From Syntrophales bacterium (lineage in GTDB: Bacteria > Desulfobacterota > Syntrophia > Syntrophales > PHBD01): a DNA stretch of 64,000 nucleotides. The stretch's first letter is position 1; every line of letters starts with the position of its first letter. The notes beneath the pieces were generated by a model. The model had not been told where the DNA came from. It searched no databases and saw nothing but the letters and a program-made list of their open reading frames with translations. Below, in pieces: positions 9,481 through 18,224 of this stretch. The position numbers were made by a program, and so were the translations under genes. The stretch covers positions 608,001 through 672,000 of the forward strand of contig OY764159.1 in assembly GCA_963668175.1 (NCBI GenBank), in the 5' to 3' direction.

Positions 9481-10158
9481 ATGGTGAAAGCGTTACTTAC
9501 AAAACTCAGGGATTCCCGATGGGTATGGAACGGTTTCGGTCCGATCTATAACCGGCAGATATCCGTTGCCCTCCGGGAACTGGACGAAGACTTGACCCGC
9601 GATGGAGCGTTCGCAGGCGCGAGACGCGTCCTCGATCTGGGAAGCGGTCCGGGTTATCTGACCCTTCTTCTGGCGGTGAAATACCCTGATACGAGGTTCA
9701 CAGGCGTCGATTATTCATCGACCCAGGTCCGCGTTGCCGAGAAGCAGATGCGGAAGCAGGGTGTTGCGAACTGTACGTTTCAACTGGGCAACGCTATGAA
9801 CATCCCTTTCGCCGACGGCCGTTTCGATGTCGTAGTCAGTGTCGGTTCCATCAAACACTGGCCGAATCCCGAACGGGGCCTGACCGAGATCCATCGCGTC
9901 CTGGCGCCCGGCGGGTGGGCGGTCGTCTCCGAAACGGACAAGGAAGCCTCGCCCGACGCTATCCGGACATTCGCCGCCCGTTTTTACCGTATGATCATAC
10001 CGCAACCGGTTCTCGTCTGGGGACTCAGGCAGATTATTTTCGGCCGGAGTCTCGCCCGCAAGGACGCGGCGGATTTTGCCCGCAAGGCCGGATTTCGGAA
10101 CATCCGGACGGAAGGGCATCCTCTCATTCCGTACTTTATTGTGAAGGCGCAGAAATGA
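9481..10158 (+). CDS. class I SAM-dependent methyltransferase (UbiE-like)
   Basis: VLDLGSGPG, PFADGRFDVV, EIHRVLAPGG. Confidence 0.85.
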   Translation: MVKALLTKLRDSRWVWNGFGPIYNRQISVALRELDEDLTRDGAFAGARRVLDLGSGPGYLTLLLAVKYPDTRFTGVDYSSTQVRVAEKQMRKQGVANCTFQLGNAMNIPFADGRFDVVVSVGSIKHWPNPERGLTEIHRVLAPGGWAVVSETDKEASPDAIRTFAARFYRMIIPQPVLVWGLRQIIFGRSLARKDAADFARKAGFRNIRTEGHPLIPYFIVKAQK

Positions 10159-10194
10159 TGTCCCTCTGCGGCGTGTCGGCGCTTTCCTTTCATC

Positions 10195-10223
10195 TTGACA
10201 CACCGTCTTGATTTGTTTATGTT
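10195..10223 (+). promoter_or_regulatory. sigma70-type promoter of the ABC transporter operon
   Basis: TTGACA-N17-TATGTT, followed by an AAGGAG SD and ATG at 10269. Confidence 0.6.
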
Positions 10224-10268
10224 CTCTCCTTCAAACATTCCAGCACATCCTGAAAGGAGACGGGAATC

Positions 10269-11021
10269 ATGTCAAAAAAAGTATGGTTCATTGCGGCCGT
10301 TATATCGCTGATCCTTTGCGGATCGAGTGCCCTGGCGGAGGAGAAGGTCTACATCAACGGCATTGACGCCAATTTTCCTCCCTTTGCCTTTGTCGATAAA
10401 AAAGGCGTTCCGGACGGATTCGACATCAAGGCCATGGACTGGATCGCCAAGGAGATGGGGTTTAAGGTGAAGCACCAGCCTATGGATTGGGACGGCATCG
10501 TTCCTAGCTTGAAGGCCAAAAAAATCGACATGGTGGCCTCCGGGATGAGCATCACGGACGAACGCAAGAAACAGGTTGCCTTCACTTTCCCGTATTGGAC
10601 CATCAAGCAAATACTGGTTGTCAAAAAGGATTCGAAGCTCTCGGTGGATGGGGTGCTGGCGGCGAACAACAAGGTCGGCGTGCAGAGAGGGACAACCGAA
10701 GCCAAATGGATGGATGTCAACCTGATCAAGAATAAGGGACTGAAATTTACCCTGGTGCAGTACGATTCTGCGCCCCTGGCGATCGAAGACGTCCTCAACG
10801 GCAGGATTGTGGCTGCCGCGATGGACGATGCCCCGGCGCTTGACGCGGCCAAGAAGAAACCTATCAAAGTTCTCGGTACCTTCGGCATGCCCGATGAACT
10901 TTACGGCTATGCAGTCCGTAAGGAGGATACGGAACTCTTGAAGAAGCTCAACGAGGGTTTGAAGCGCCTCATGAAGTCTCCCTACTGGAAAGAGTTGAAG
11001 GGCAAATATATAGAAAAGTAG
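10269..11021 (+). CDS. polar amino acid ABC transporter substrate-binding protein
   Basis: Signal peptide (ALA-EE), FPPFAF, GFDI, WDGIVPSL, GMSITDER (SBP family 3). Confidence 0.92.
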   Translation: MSKKVWFIAAVISLILCGSSALAEEKVYINGIDANFPPFAFVDKKGVPDGFDIKAMDWIAKEMGFKVKHQPMDWDGIVPSLKAKKIDMVASGMSITDERKKQVAFTFPYWTIKQILVVKKDSKLSVDGVLAANNKVGVQRGTTEAKWMDVNLIKNKGLKFTLVQYDSAPLAIEDVLNGRIVAAAMDDAPALDAAKKKPIKVLGTFGMPDELYGYAVRKEDTELLKKLNEGLKRLMKSPYWKELKGKYIEK

Positions 11022-11145
11022 AGCCGGAATGCATCCACTTCTTCCGCGGCTGTATGGCGTGAAAGAAGAGGGAGCCGTTACGTCGTTATAAGTTAACCTC
11101 ATAAGTTAACCGCCCCGGATGTGCCGGGAATGCCTTTGAAGTTAT

Positions 11146-11823
11146 ATGCCTGAAAGTCTCATCGCCGTCGGCGATGCTCTTCCTTATATTATGGAAGGAT
11201 CCGTCGTAACGATCACGGTCGTCATCGGCGCGATGGGGCTGGGGTTTGTCCTCGGGATGCCGCTCGCCGTCGGCCAGGTGTACGGTCCTTCCTGGATCAG
11301 ACGGATGATCGTCGTTTACGTCTGGTTCTTCCGGGGTATTCCCCTGCTGGTCTTCCTCTTCCTCTTCTATTTCGGTTTATGTACGCTCCTTGATATCAAC
11401 CTTTCGGCGTTCACCGTGGCGGTGATCGTCCTGGGGCTGATCAGTTCGGCCTACCAATCGCAGATCTTTCGCGGAGCGATCCTTGCCTTGCCGGAAGGGC
11501 AGCTGAAAGCGGCCCGTGCGTTGGGCATGAGCGATGCGCAGGCCTTCCTTCATATTATTGTTCCCCAGGCGCTCAGGCTTTCCATTCCGGCCTGGTCCAA
11601 CGAATATTCCATTATCCTGAAGGATTCCGCAGTAACATATGCCCTGGGAGTAACTGAAATCATGGCCCGCACCCATTTTGTGGCGACCCGTACCTATGAA
11701 CATATGCCCCTCTATATCGCAGCCGGTGTCATCTTTCTGATCCTGACTTCCCTCGGGATCAAGGGTCTGCGTCTCCTGGAAACCAGGGTTCGTATTCCCG
11801 GCTATGCCCATCATGAATTGTGA
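11146..11823 (+). CDS. amino acid ABC transporter permease
   Basis: FRGIPLLV, EAA-like loop GQLKAARALGMS, IKDS-like motif. Confidence 0.92.
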   Translation: MPESLIAVGDALPYIMEGSVVTITVVIGAMGLGFVLGMPLAVGQVYGPSWIRRMIVVYVWFFRGIPLLVFLFLFYFGLCTLLDINLSAFTVAVIVLGLISSAYQSQIFRGAILALPEGQLKAARALGMSDAQAFLHIIVPQALRLSIPAWSNEYSIILKDSAVTYALGVTEIMARTHFVATRTYEHMPLYIAAGVIFLILTSLGIKGLRLLETRVRIPGYAHHEL

Positions 11824-11830
11824 GGCGTGC

Positions 11831-12598
11831 ATGAACGATCAAGCGGGTCCGATCCTCAGATGCGAAAATATCGAGAAGCGCTACGGCCGGAAAGAAATCC
11901 TGAAAGGCGTGTCCCTGTCCGTCAATCAGGGAGAGCTGAAAATCCTTATCGGGCCATCCGGGGCCGGCAAGAGCACCCTGCTGCAGTGTATCAATTTTCT
12001 GGTCAGGCCGGAAAAGGGGAGGATCTGGCTCGACGGTTCCGAGGTCAGGAGCCACCATAAGAAGGATCTCCAGTCCTACCGGCAGAAGGTCGGGATGATT
12101 TTTCAGGATTTCAATCTCTTCGACCACTTGACGGCGTTGCGCAACGTGGCTATCGCCCTGGAAAAAGTCAAAGGCTTACATAAGGAAGAAGCGCACCGGA
12201 AGGCTATGGCGGAACTGGAAAGGGTAGGCCTCAAGGACCATGCCGACAAGTATCCGGCTCAGCTTTCCGGGGGGCAGAAGCAGAGGGTGTCCATTGCCCG
12301 CGCCCTGGCCATGGAACCCAAGGTGATGCTGCTCGATGAACCGACTTCCGCGCTGGACCCTGAATTGATCGGCGAGGTGCAGGCCGTCATCCGCGATCTG
12401 GTCGGCGGCGGCATGACCATGATCATGGCGACGCATCAGATTGCTTTTGCAAGCTCGCTGGCCCACGAGATCATTTTTATGGAGGATGGTCTCATCGTCG
12501 AGTCCGGACCGCCCGCCAAGATCTTCTCTGCGGCCGATTGCAGCCGCACCAGGGAGTTCTGTTCGAAAATAACGGACCTTTACGGGGAGGGCCGTTGA
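11831..12598 (+). CDS. amino acid ABC transporter ATP-binding protein
   Basis: GPSGAGKS, LSGGQKQRV, LLDEPTSALDPE; ATG 11831 follows GAGG. Confidence 0.93.
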   Translation: MNDQAGPILRCENIEKRYGRKEILKGVSLSVNQGELKILIGPSGAGKSTLLQCINFLVRPEKGRIWLDGSEVRSHHKKDLQSYRQKVGMIFQDFNLFDHLTALRNVAIALEKVKGLHKEEAHRKAMAELERVGLKDHADKYPAQLSGGQKQRVSIARALAMEPKVMLLDEPTSALDPELIGEVQAVIRDLVGGGMTMIMATHQIAFASSLAHEIIFMEDGLIVESGPPAKIFSAADCSRTREFCSKITDLYGEGR

Positions 12599-13272
12599 TG
12601 GAAGAGTGGATCTATATTCAGCATGACGTTATCCCGGCCTTAACGCGCGGTTTTCTGGTCAGTGTGCAGCTTATTGTTCCGTCGGCGCTCTGCGGTCTGG
12701 CCATCGGCGTCGTCGTGGGCATCCTCCGGGTCTACGGAAGCTATGCGGGTTCTCTCTTTGCGAATGCGTATGTTGCGGTATTCCGCGGTATTCCCCTTGT
12801 TGTTCAGTTATTCGTCTGGTATTTCGGACTGCCGTACTGGAACCTATATATGGAGCCGTTTACCGCCTCGGTCCTCGGTTTCTCCCTGTGCAGCGGGGCC
12901 TATCATTCGGAGTACATCCGGGGTGCGCTCCTTTCCATAAAGAGAGGACAGATGCTGGCCGCCCAGTCCCTCGGCTTCACCAAGATGCAGATGATCTTCG
13001 CCGTCATCCTGCCCCAGGCGTTACGACGCGCTTTACCCGGTTGCGGCAACGAGATCATCTACCTCATCAAATATTCGTCCCTCGCCTATATGATCACATG
13101 CGTCGAGTTGACGGGCGAAGGCAAAATCCTGGCGTCGGATTCCTTCAAGTATACGGAGATATTCCTGATCATCGGCGTATGTTACCTGGTCATGACTTCG
13201 GTTGCGACCGCGGGGCTCCACTACTTGGAATCGCGCATTCGTCTGCCCGGTTTCGAATATCGCAGGGTCTGA
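12598..13272 (+). CDS. amino acid ABC transporter permease
   Basis: TGATG overlap with the ATPase gene; FRGIPLVVQL, GQMLAAQSLGF. Confidence 0.92.
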   Translation: MEEWIYIQHDVIPALTRGFLVSVQLIVPSALCGLAIGVVVGILRVYGSYAGSLFANAYVAVFRGIPLVVQLFVWYFGLPYWNLYMEPFTASVLGFSLCSGAYHSEYIRGALLSIKRGQMLAAQSLGFTKMQMIFAVILPQALRRALPGCGNEIIYLIKYSSLAYMITCVELTGEGKILASDSFKYTEIFLIIGVCYLVMTSVATAGLHYLESRIRLPGFEYRRV

Positions 13273-13273
13273 C

Positions 13274-14665
13274 ATGACGACTTATCAATCCCTCACTCCT
13301 GAAATCGTTGAAGAAATTCGGAACACGCTCGGTGCGGGCGCGGTCCTTGTCGCGCGCGACAAGCTGGCCGACTACGGAAAAGACGCCACGACGATCATTC
13401 CTCTTGCTCCACCGGAACTTGTCGTGGAGGCGACCGCAGTCGAACAGGTCCAAACGCTTCTGCGACTTGCCGGCAGGCATCGATTTGCCGTCACGCCGCG
13501 GGGGCAGGGAACAGGGCTTGCGGGAGGTGCCGTTCCTGTTCGAGGCGGCGTGGTCCTGTCGCTGGCCAGGATGAACCGGATTCTGGCCATTGAAAAAGAG
13601 AACATGATCGCGATTGCCGAACCGGGGGTGATCAATCAGGACCTGAAAAACGCGGTAGCGCCGTACGGCCTTTATTACCCACCCGATCCGGCGAGCCTGG
13701 AGACCTCGACGCTCGGCGGTAATGCCGCCACGAACGCCGGAGGGCCCGCCTGCCTGAAATACGGAACGACCCGGGATTATATCCTGGGGCTGGAGGCGGT
13801 TCTGCCCAGCGGAGACATCATTCAATCGGGTGTCAGAACCCGCAAGGGGGTTGTCGGCTATGATCTGACACGGTTGCTTGTCGGATCGGAGGGGACATTG
13901 GCCGTCATCACGAAACTCATCCTGAAGCTGGTTCCCCGCCCTGCCGGTATTACAACCGCCGTTGCCCTTTTTCAGGACCTGGAAACGGCCATGGAAGCAA
14001 TCCAGGCAGTTCTTCTCGGCGGCCATAGCCCCTGCGCCATGGAATTTTTGGACCGACGGTGCCTGGAACTCGTCGGTGATATGTTGCCTTTTGATGGCGT
14101 GCAAGGATCAGGGGCTTTCCTGCTTATGGACGTGGACGGCGATCCTCATGCCATCGCCGGTACTGTCGAAGAGATGGGGAGGATTTGCCTGGAACATCGT
14201 GCTACGGCGGTCTTTATGGCCCCCGATGCGGTCAAGAGGGCCAAAATGTGGGAAGTCAGAAGGGCCGTATCGCTTCGCATCGAGGAAAAGTATCCGGTCG
14301 ATATTCACGAGGACGTTGCCGTGCCTCTCGGCCGCATCGCCCAATTCGTGTCGGTCCTGCCCCGCTATGAAACCTTATATGGCATGAAAATCTATGCCTT
14401 CGGACATGCCGGCGACGGCAATATCCATCTCAATATCACCGCGGAGCAGAAGGAGGCCGCAGAAACGATGGAGCCGGGAATCAGGGAGTTGCTGAAGGCT
14501 GTGGTCGAAATGGGCGGCACGATATCGGGAGAACACGGCATCGGGTCGGTCAAGCGGGCCTATCTGCCGTTGGAGTTGTCCGCGGCAAACATGGGCTTGC
14601 AGAGCGCAATCAAGAGGCTCTTCGATCCCCAGTTGATCCTCAATCCGGGGAAAGTCTTCATATAA
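13274..14665 (+). CDS. FAD-linked oxidase, GlcD / D-2-hydroxyacid dehydrogenase family
   Basis: PRGQGTGLAGGA, YPPDPAS, GGNAATNAGG, GHAGDGNIH, GEHGIG, LNPGK. Confidence 0.9.
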   Translation: MTTYQSLTPEIVEEIRNTLGAGAVLVARDKLADYGKDATTIIPLAPPELVVEATAVEQVQTLLRLAGRHRFAVTPRGQGTGLAGGAVPVRGGVVLSLARMNRILAIEKENMIAIAEPGVINQDLKNAVAPYGLYYPPDPASLETSTLGGNAATNAGGPACLKYGTTRDYILGLEAVLPSGDIIQSGVRTRKGVVGYDLTRLLVGSEGTLAVITKLILKLVPRPAGITTAVALFQDLETAMEAIQAVLLGGHSPCAMEFLDRRCLELVGDMLPFDGVQGSGAFLLMDVDGDPHAIAGTVEEMGRICLEHRATAVFMAPDAVKRAKMWEVRRAVSLRIEEKYPVDIHEDVAVPLGRIAQFVSVLPRYETLYGMKIYAFGHAGDGNIHLNITAEQKEAAETMEPGIRELLKAVVEMGGTISGEHGIGSVKRAYLPLELSAANMGLQSAIKRLFDPQLILNPGKVFI

Positions 14666-14725
14666 CATATCATGATTCGTCCGACACAGCCTGACGGATC
14701 GAAGCATAAAGGAAACCGGGGCAAC

Positions 14726-15730
14726 ATGGCATCCATGGGGCAAGAGGCAAATTCGCCGATAGCAGAGATCGCGGAAGATTTCTATATGATCACGCTGCCG
14801 ATGCCTTTTCGCCTTCGCCATGTCCATGTGTATGCCGCCGTTCGGAACGGGCGTGTCACCCTTTTTGACACGGGTCTGAACAGCGGCGGGTCGAGGGAAA
14901 GCCTCAGAGCAGCCCTCGGAACGATCGGACTTTCCTTGAACCGTATCGATGCCGTTTATATCACCCACTACCATGCCGACCATTGCGGTATGGCCGGCTG
15001 GCTCCAGGCAGAATTCGGCGCGACGATCCATATGCCGGAAACGGACAACGCCATCCTGCAAAACAACCGCACCCCCGACATTTTTGACCGTCTGGTCAGG
15101 CCTTTTTACCGACGACAGGGCCTGCCGGATCGGGCCATCGACCTCCTGGAGTCGCTGCGCGAGCAGTTCAAAACCCTCTCCCCGCCCTTCCTGGCCGACG
15201 TCTATGTCCGCGCCTCCGACGTTCTGATGGACGGCACCAGGCACTTCCGGGTGCTGCCGGCGCCCGGCCACACGCGGGGACAGGTATGTTATTACTTTGA
15301 AAAAGAAGAGATATTGCTTTCAGGCGACCATGTCCTGCCCGTTATCACGCCCAACTTAAGCCCCGATCTTTTCTGCCCGGAATTTTCCTGCCTGTCCAGT
15401 TACCTGGGGGCCCTGGAGGAACTGAAAAATATCCCGATTGCGCAGGTCTATCCGGGGCATGGAACGCCGTTTGCCGACTGCCCGGCCAGGGTGGATGAAA
15501 TCAAGTCCCATCACGAGGAGCGAAAATCCCTGATATGGACTTCCATCCGGGAGGAGGCCAAGACCTCCTTTCAGGTTTCCCGCGATATCTTCGGGCGCAA
15601 CCTGTCCGAGTTCGATCAGTTTCTCGCCGTCAACGAGACGTATGTGCATATCGGGCAATTGCTGTCGGAAGGCAGGGTTGTTGAAAGAGATGGAGGGGAT
15701 GTGAAGTTTTACGCCGCGGAAAACCCGTAG
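14726..15730 (+). CDS. MBL-fold metallo-hydrolase with C-terminal helical/wHTH region
   Basis: THYHADHCG, PGHT, SGDH, PGHG; start codon uncertain (14672, 14726 or 14735). Confidence 0.85.
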   Translation: MASMGQEANSPIAEIAEDFYMITLPMPFRLRHVHVYAAVRNGRVTLFDTGLNSGGSRESLRAALGTIGLSLNRIDAVYITHYHADHCGMAGWLQAEFGATIHMPETDNAILQNNRTPDIFDRLVRPFYRRQGLPDRAIDLLESLREQFKTLSPPFLADVYVRASDVLMDGTRHFRVLPAPGHTRGQVCYYFEKEEILLSGDHVLPVITPNLSPDLFCPEFSCLSSYLGALEELKNIPIAQVYPGHGTPFADCPARVDEIKSHHEERKSLIWTSIREEAKTSFQVSRDIFGRNLSEFDQFLAVNETYVHIGQLLSEGRVVERDGGDVKFYAAENP

Positions 15731-15777
15731 GAATGTGATGGGCTCCGCGGGACAGGCTCCAAAGGCCTGCCGCTGCG

Positions 15778-16737
15778 TCAACATGCCGGCGTCTTTTCCT
15801 TGGAGGATGCCGTGCGGCGGGAGGTGCGCTGATCAACGCGGTAAATGCTGCCCTTGATCTGCTTGGCGAATTTTTTCATCTCCGAGGCCCTTTCGGTCAA
15901 TTCTCCGTAATGGGAAAATTGCCTGGCCCGGGTGTCGGTGATACCGATGGATATGCCGATGATCGGAAAGACCTTGAATACGCCCTGCCGGTCCACCGAT
16001 TCGATACACTCCTTGTTCCTGTCTTCCGGATCGTAAAATGTCGGAATGATGTCGTCGAATGCCCGGATGATTTCCTGGGAAGCCTTTTCCACATGGGCCA
16101 CATCCATAATATAGATGAAATCGTCACCGCCGATATGCCCGATGAAGCTCTGCTGCGGCTGGATGTTCTTGACCATGTTCAGGATGATGCGCCCGGTGAT
16201 TTTGATGACGTCGTCCCCGCGGCTGAAGCCGTATTTGTCGTTGTAGGGCTTGAAATGATCGAGATCGGCATATGCAAAGGCGAACGCATCCCCCCTGGCG
16301 AGCCTCTCTTCAATTTGGCGGTTGATGGAGATATTGCCGGGAAGCCTCGTTAAGGGATTGATTTCCACGTTCCTTTCCGAGCGGAGGACGGCCAGGTTGA
16401 CACGGGCGCAAAGTTCGGCCTCGAGGTCCTTCTTCCATATGTAATCTTCGATATAAACGGCGTCCCAGCAGTTGATCAGCGCCGGGTCTGAAATGATACC
16501 CAAGGCAGGCAACTGGGAAAACATGGGATCTTCCTTCAAATTATTCAGGACCGCAGTGGTCGTGCCGTCTCCGGGTCTAAGGTCGATGACGATAAGGTTG
16601 GGAATGGCATTGTAAATATAGTCAAGGGCCGAAGGCAGGGCCGGGAAAGTGACGGTCTTGTACGTCGGACCGAGAATTCTTTCGGCCATGTTCGAGGCGA
16701 CGATATCGGCGGAGACGATGACGACGGTTTTCATCAT
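15778..16737 (-). CDS. REC-like + GGDEF-family diguanylate cyclase (GGDDF variant)
   Basis: NPLTRLPGN, DLDHFKPYNDKYGFSRGD, GHIGGDDF; receiver-like N-terminus. Confidence 0.85.
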   Translation of the reverse strand: MMKTVVIVSADIVASNMAERILGPTYKTVTFPALPSALDYIYNAIPNLIVIDLRPGDGTTTAVLNNLKEDPMFSQLPALGIISDPALINCWDAVYIEDYIWKKDLEAELCARVNLAVLRSERNVEINPLTRLPGNISINRQIEERLARGDAFAFAYADLDHFKPYNDKYGFSRGDDVIKITGRIILNMVKNIQPQQSFIGHIGGDDFIYIMDVAHVEKASQEIIRAFDDIIPTFYDPEDRNKECIESVDRQGVFKVFPIIGISIGITDTRARQFSHYGELTERASEMKKFAKQIKGSIYRVDQRTSRRTASSKEKTPAC

Positions 16738-16740
16738 AAA

Positions 16741-17577
16741 TCAGAGGGCGAGGTCTTCGGTTGCATCAACGGATTCTTCCACTCTTACCAGGACATCCTT
16801 GATATCCTGCTCGGAAAGGTTCAGCATATCGAATACGGCCGGATGCAGTGCCGGTGCAAAGGGATCTCCGGCAAAACCGACGCCCCGGGCGCGGATCAGG
16901 ACATCGGAAAAGTGGACGATAGCCGTTTCCAAAGGCGCTGTCTTGGAAAGAACGGGGTTGTGATGATAGGCAATGACTTCAACCAGGTTCTTGGGAAATC
17001 GCCATTTTTCGGCCAGCCACATGCCGATATCGGAATGGGCGTTGCTGAAAAACAACCTTTCGGATTCGTATATGATCAATCCTTTTTGCAGGGACTCCTG
17101 TATGGCCTTTTCATATTGGTCCTGAAATTCGAGGATAAGGATGACCTTCCCCAAATCGTGCAGTAAACCGGCTATGGAAATCTCTTCCGGGTCCTTTACA
17201 CCTTTTTTCTCGGCGATCATCCGGGAAGCGACGGCGCAAGCGAGAGAATGGTTCCAGAGACCCGACATGACTTTTTCCATGATTTCGAAAACGGATATAC
17301 CGAGGAGCAGCCCTTTGACCACGTTCAGGCCTAGCAGCATGATCGCATGCGAAACCGATGAAATCCGCCCGGGGAAACCATATGCCGCCGAATTGACCAT
17401 CTTCAACACTTTGGTGGTCAACGCCGGATCGTTGGAGACGAAATGACTGATCTCATCAAGGGTGATCCGCGGCTTTTCGATGATGGCCGATATGCGTTTC
17501 AATGTCCCCGGTACGGTCGGCAGGGCCCCGATATTCTCTATTTTGCTCCTTTGGACCTGTATCATCTCACTGGACAT
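16741..17577 (-). CDS. HDOD domain protein
   Basis: LPTVP, DPALTTKVLKMVNSAAYG, AGLLHDLGK, W.FP..L..VIAYHH; ATG 17577 follows GAGGGA. Confidence 0.9.
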   Translation of the reverse strand: MSSEMIQVQRSKIENIGALPTVPGTLKRISAIIEKPRITLDEISHFVSNDPALTTKVLKMVNSAAYGFPGRISSVSHAIMLLGLNVVKGLLLGISVFEIMEKVMSGLWNHSLACAVASRMIAEKKGVKDPEEISIAGLLHDLGKVILILEFQDQYEKAIQESLQKGLIIYESERLFFSNAHSDIGMWLAEKWRFPKNLVEVIAYHHNPVLSKTAPLETAIVHFSDVLIRARGVGFAGDPFAPALHPAVFDMLNLSEQDIKDVLVRVEESVDATEDLAL

Positions 17578-17866
17578 ATAATCCCTCGATGTGTTCCTTG
17601 ACAAGCTTCTTAAGGAGTTTCATATGCGGAACTTCTTCCACATATTTGAATCTGGCATCCAGGCGGGCAAGCTCTTCCTCTTTCGGGATTGTTCTCAGTG
17701 TCGGTCCGTCGATATAGACGGCCTCAACGGCCATGTCCTGAATGCGTTCGATCCATTTTTCCGTAAGGACGGTGCCTTCGCTGAGCAGGATCATACCGTT
17801 CTTATCCGTGACCGGTCGCAACAGTTTCATCCCTTCCTGCAGGTTGGCGACAACGACTCGTGGCAT
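17567..17866 (-). CDS. hypothetical protein resembling the N-terminal domain of HD-GYP proteins
   Basis: 99 aa; LQEGMKL.RPV.D.NG.ILL..GT.LT...I.R...M.V..VYI pattern; overlaps the HDOD start. Confidence 0.7.
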   Translation of the reverse strand: MPRVVVANLQEGMKLLRPVTDKNGMILLSEGTVLTEKWIERIQDMAVEAVYIDGPTLRTIPKEEELARLDARFKYVEEVPHMKLLKKLVKEHIEGLYVQ

Positions 17867-18060
17867 GATGAAATCCTTTTATAGAGTTATCGATGCAACA
17901 TATCTTTTTTTGTTTAGGAATTCAAATATTTTAATCGGACGAATCCTGTTGCCTATTTGATGGCTGCGCGTGAATTTGCTATTGACAGCAACGACGATAC
18001 ATTATATGAGTTAATACAGGTGGAATTTAGAAGATCGATATAAAGCGGATTGGAAAACCA

Positions 18061-18144
18061 ATGAACCCCCTAACGGCCATTTCCATTATTATAGATAAAG
18101 GCATAATTAGGCCGACACATATATCTGGCCTGATAGGGGTATAA
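18061..18144 (+). CDS. Ile-rich attenuator leader peptide (27 aa, MNPLTAISIIIDKGIIRPTHISGLIGV)
   Basis: 8 of 27 codons are Ile (4 ATT, 4 ATA), including ISIII and II runs; directly upstream of cimA and overlapping the alternative hairpins. Confidence 0.8.
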   Translation: MNPLTAISIIIDKGIIRPTHISGLIGV

Positions 18145-18209
18145 CTTTTTACATAAAAGATCATTTTAAAAAGTCCGTTATCAGGCAACTGGTGACGGAC
18201 TTTTTGTTT
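18106..18209 (+). promoter_or_regulatory. transcription attenuator (mutually exclusive 1:2, 2:3 and 3:4 hairpins)
   Basis: 1:2 ATTAGGCCG/TGGCCTGAT; 2:3 CCTGATAG..ACTTTT pairs with AAAAGT..TTATCAGG; 3:4 is the terminator. Confidence 0.75.
18168..18209 (+). terminator. intrinsic terminator in the cimA leader
   Basis: AAAAAGTCCGTTATCAG-GCAA-CTGGTGACGGACTTTTT-GTTT: 17-bp stem with 2 G:U pairs, GNRA loop and U-tract, 15 nt before the cimA ATG. Confidence 0.88.
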
Positions 18210-18224
18210 ATAGAAAGGACGCCC

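Noticed and set aside
15778..16737. Hypr-type (cGAMP-forming) GGDEF enzyme
   Set aside because: The guanine-specifying Asp in YGFSRGD is retained, whereas Hypr enzymes have Ser/Thr there
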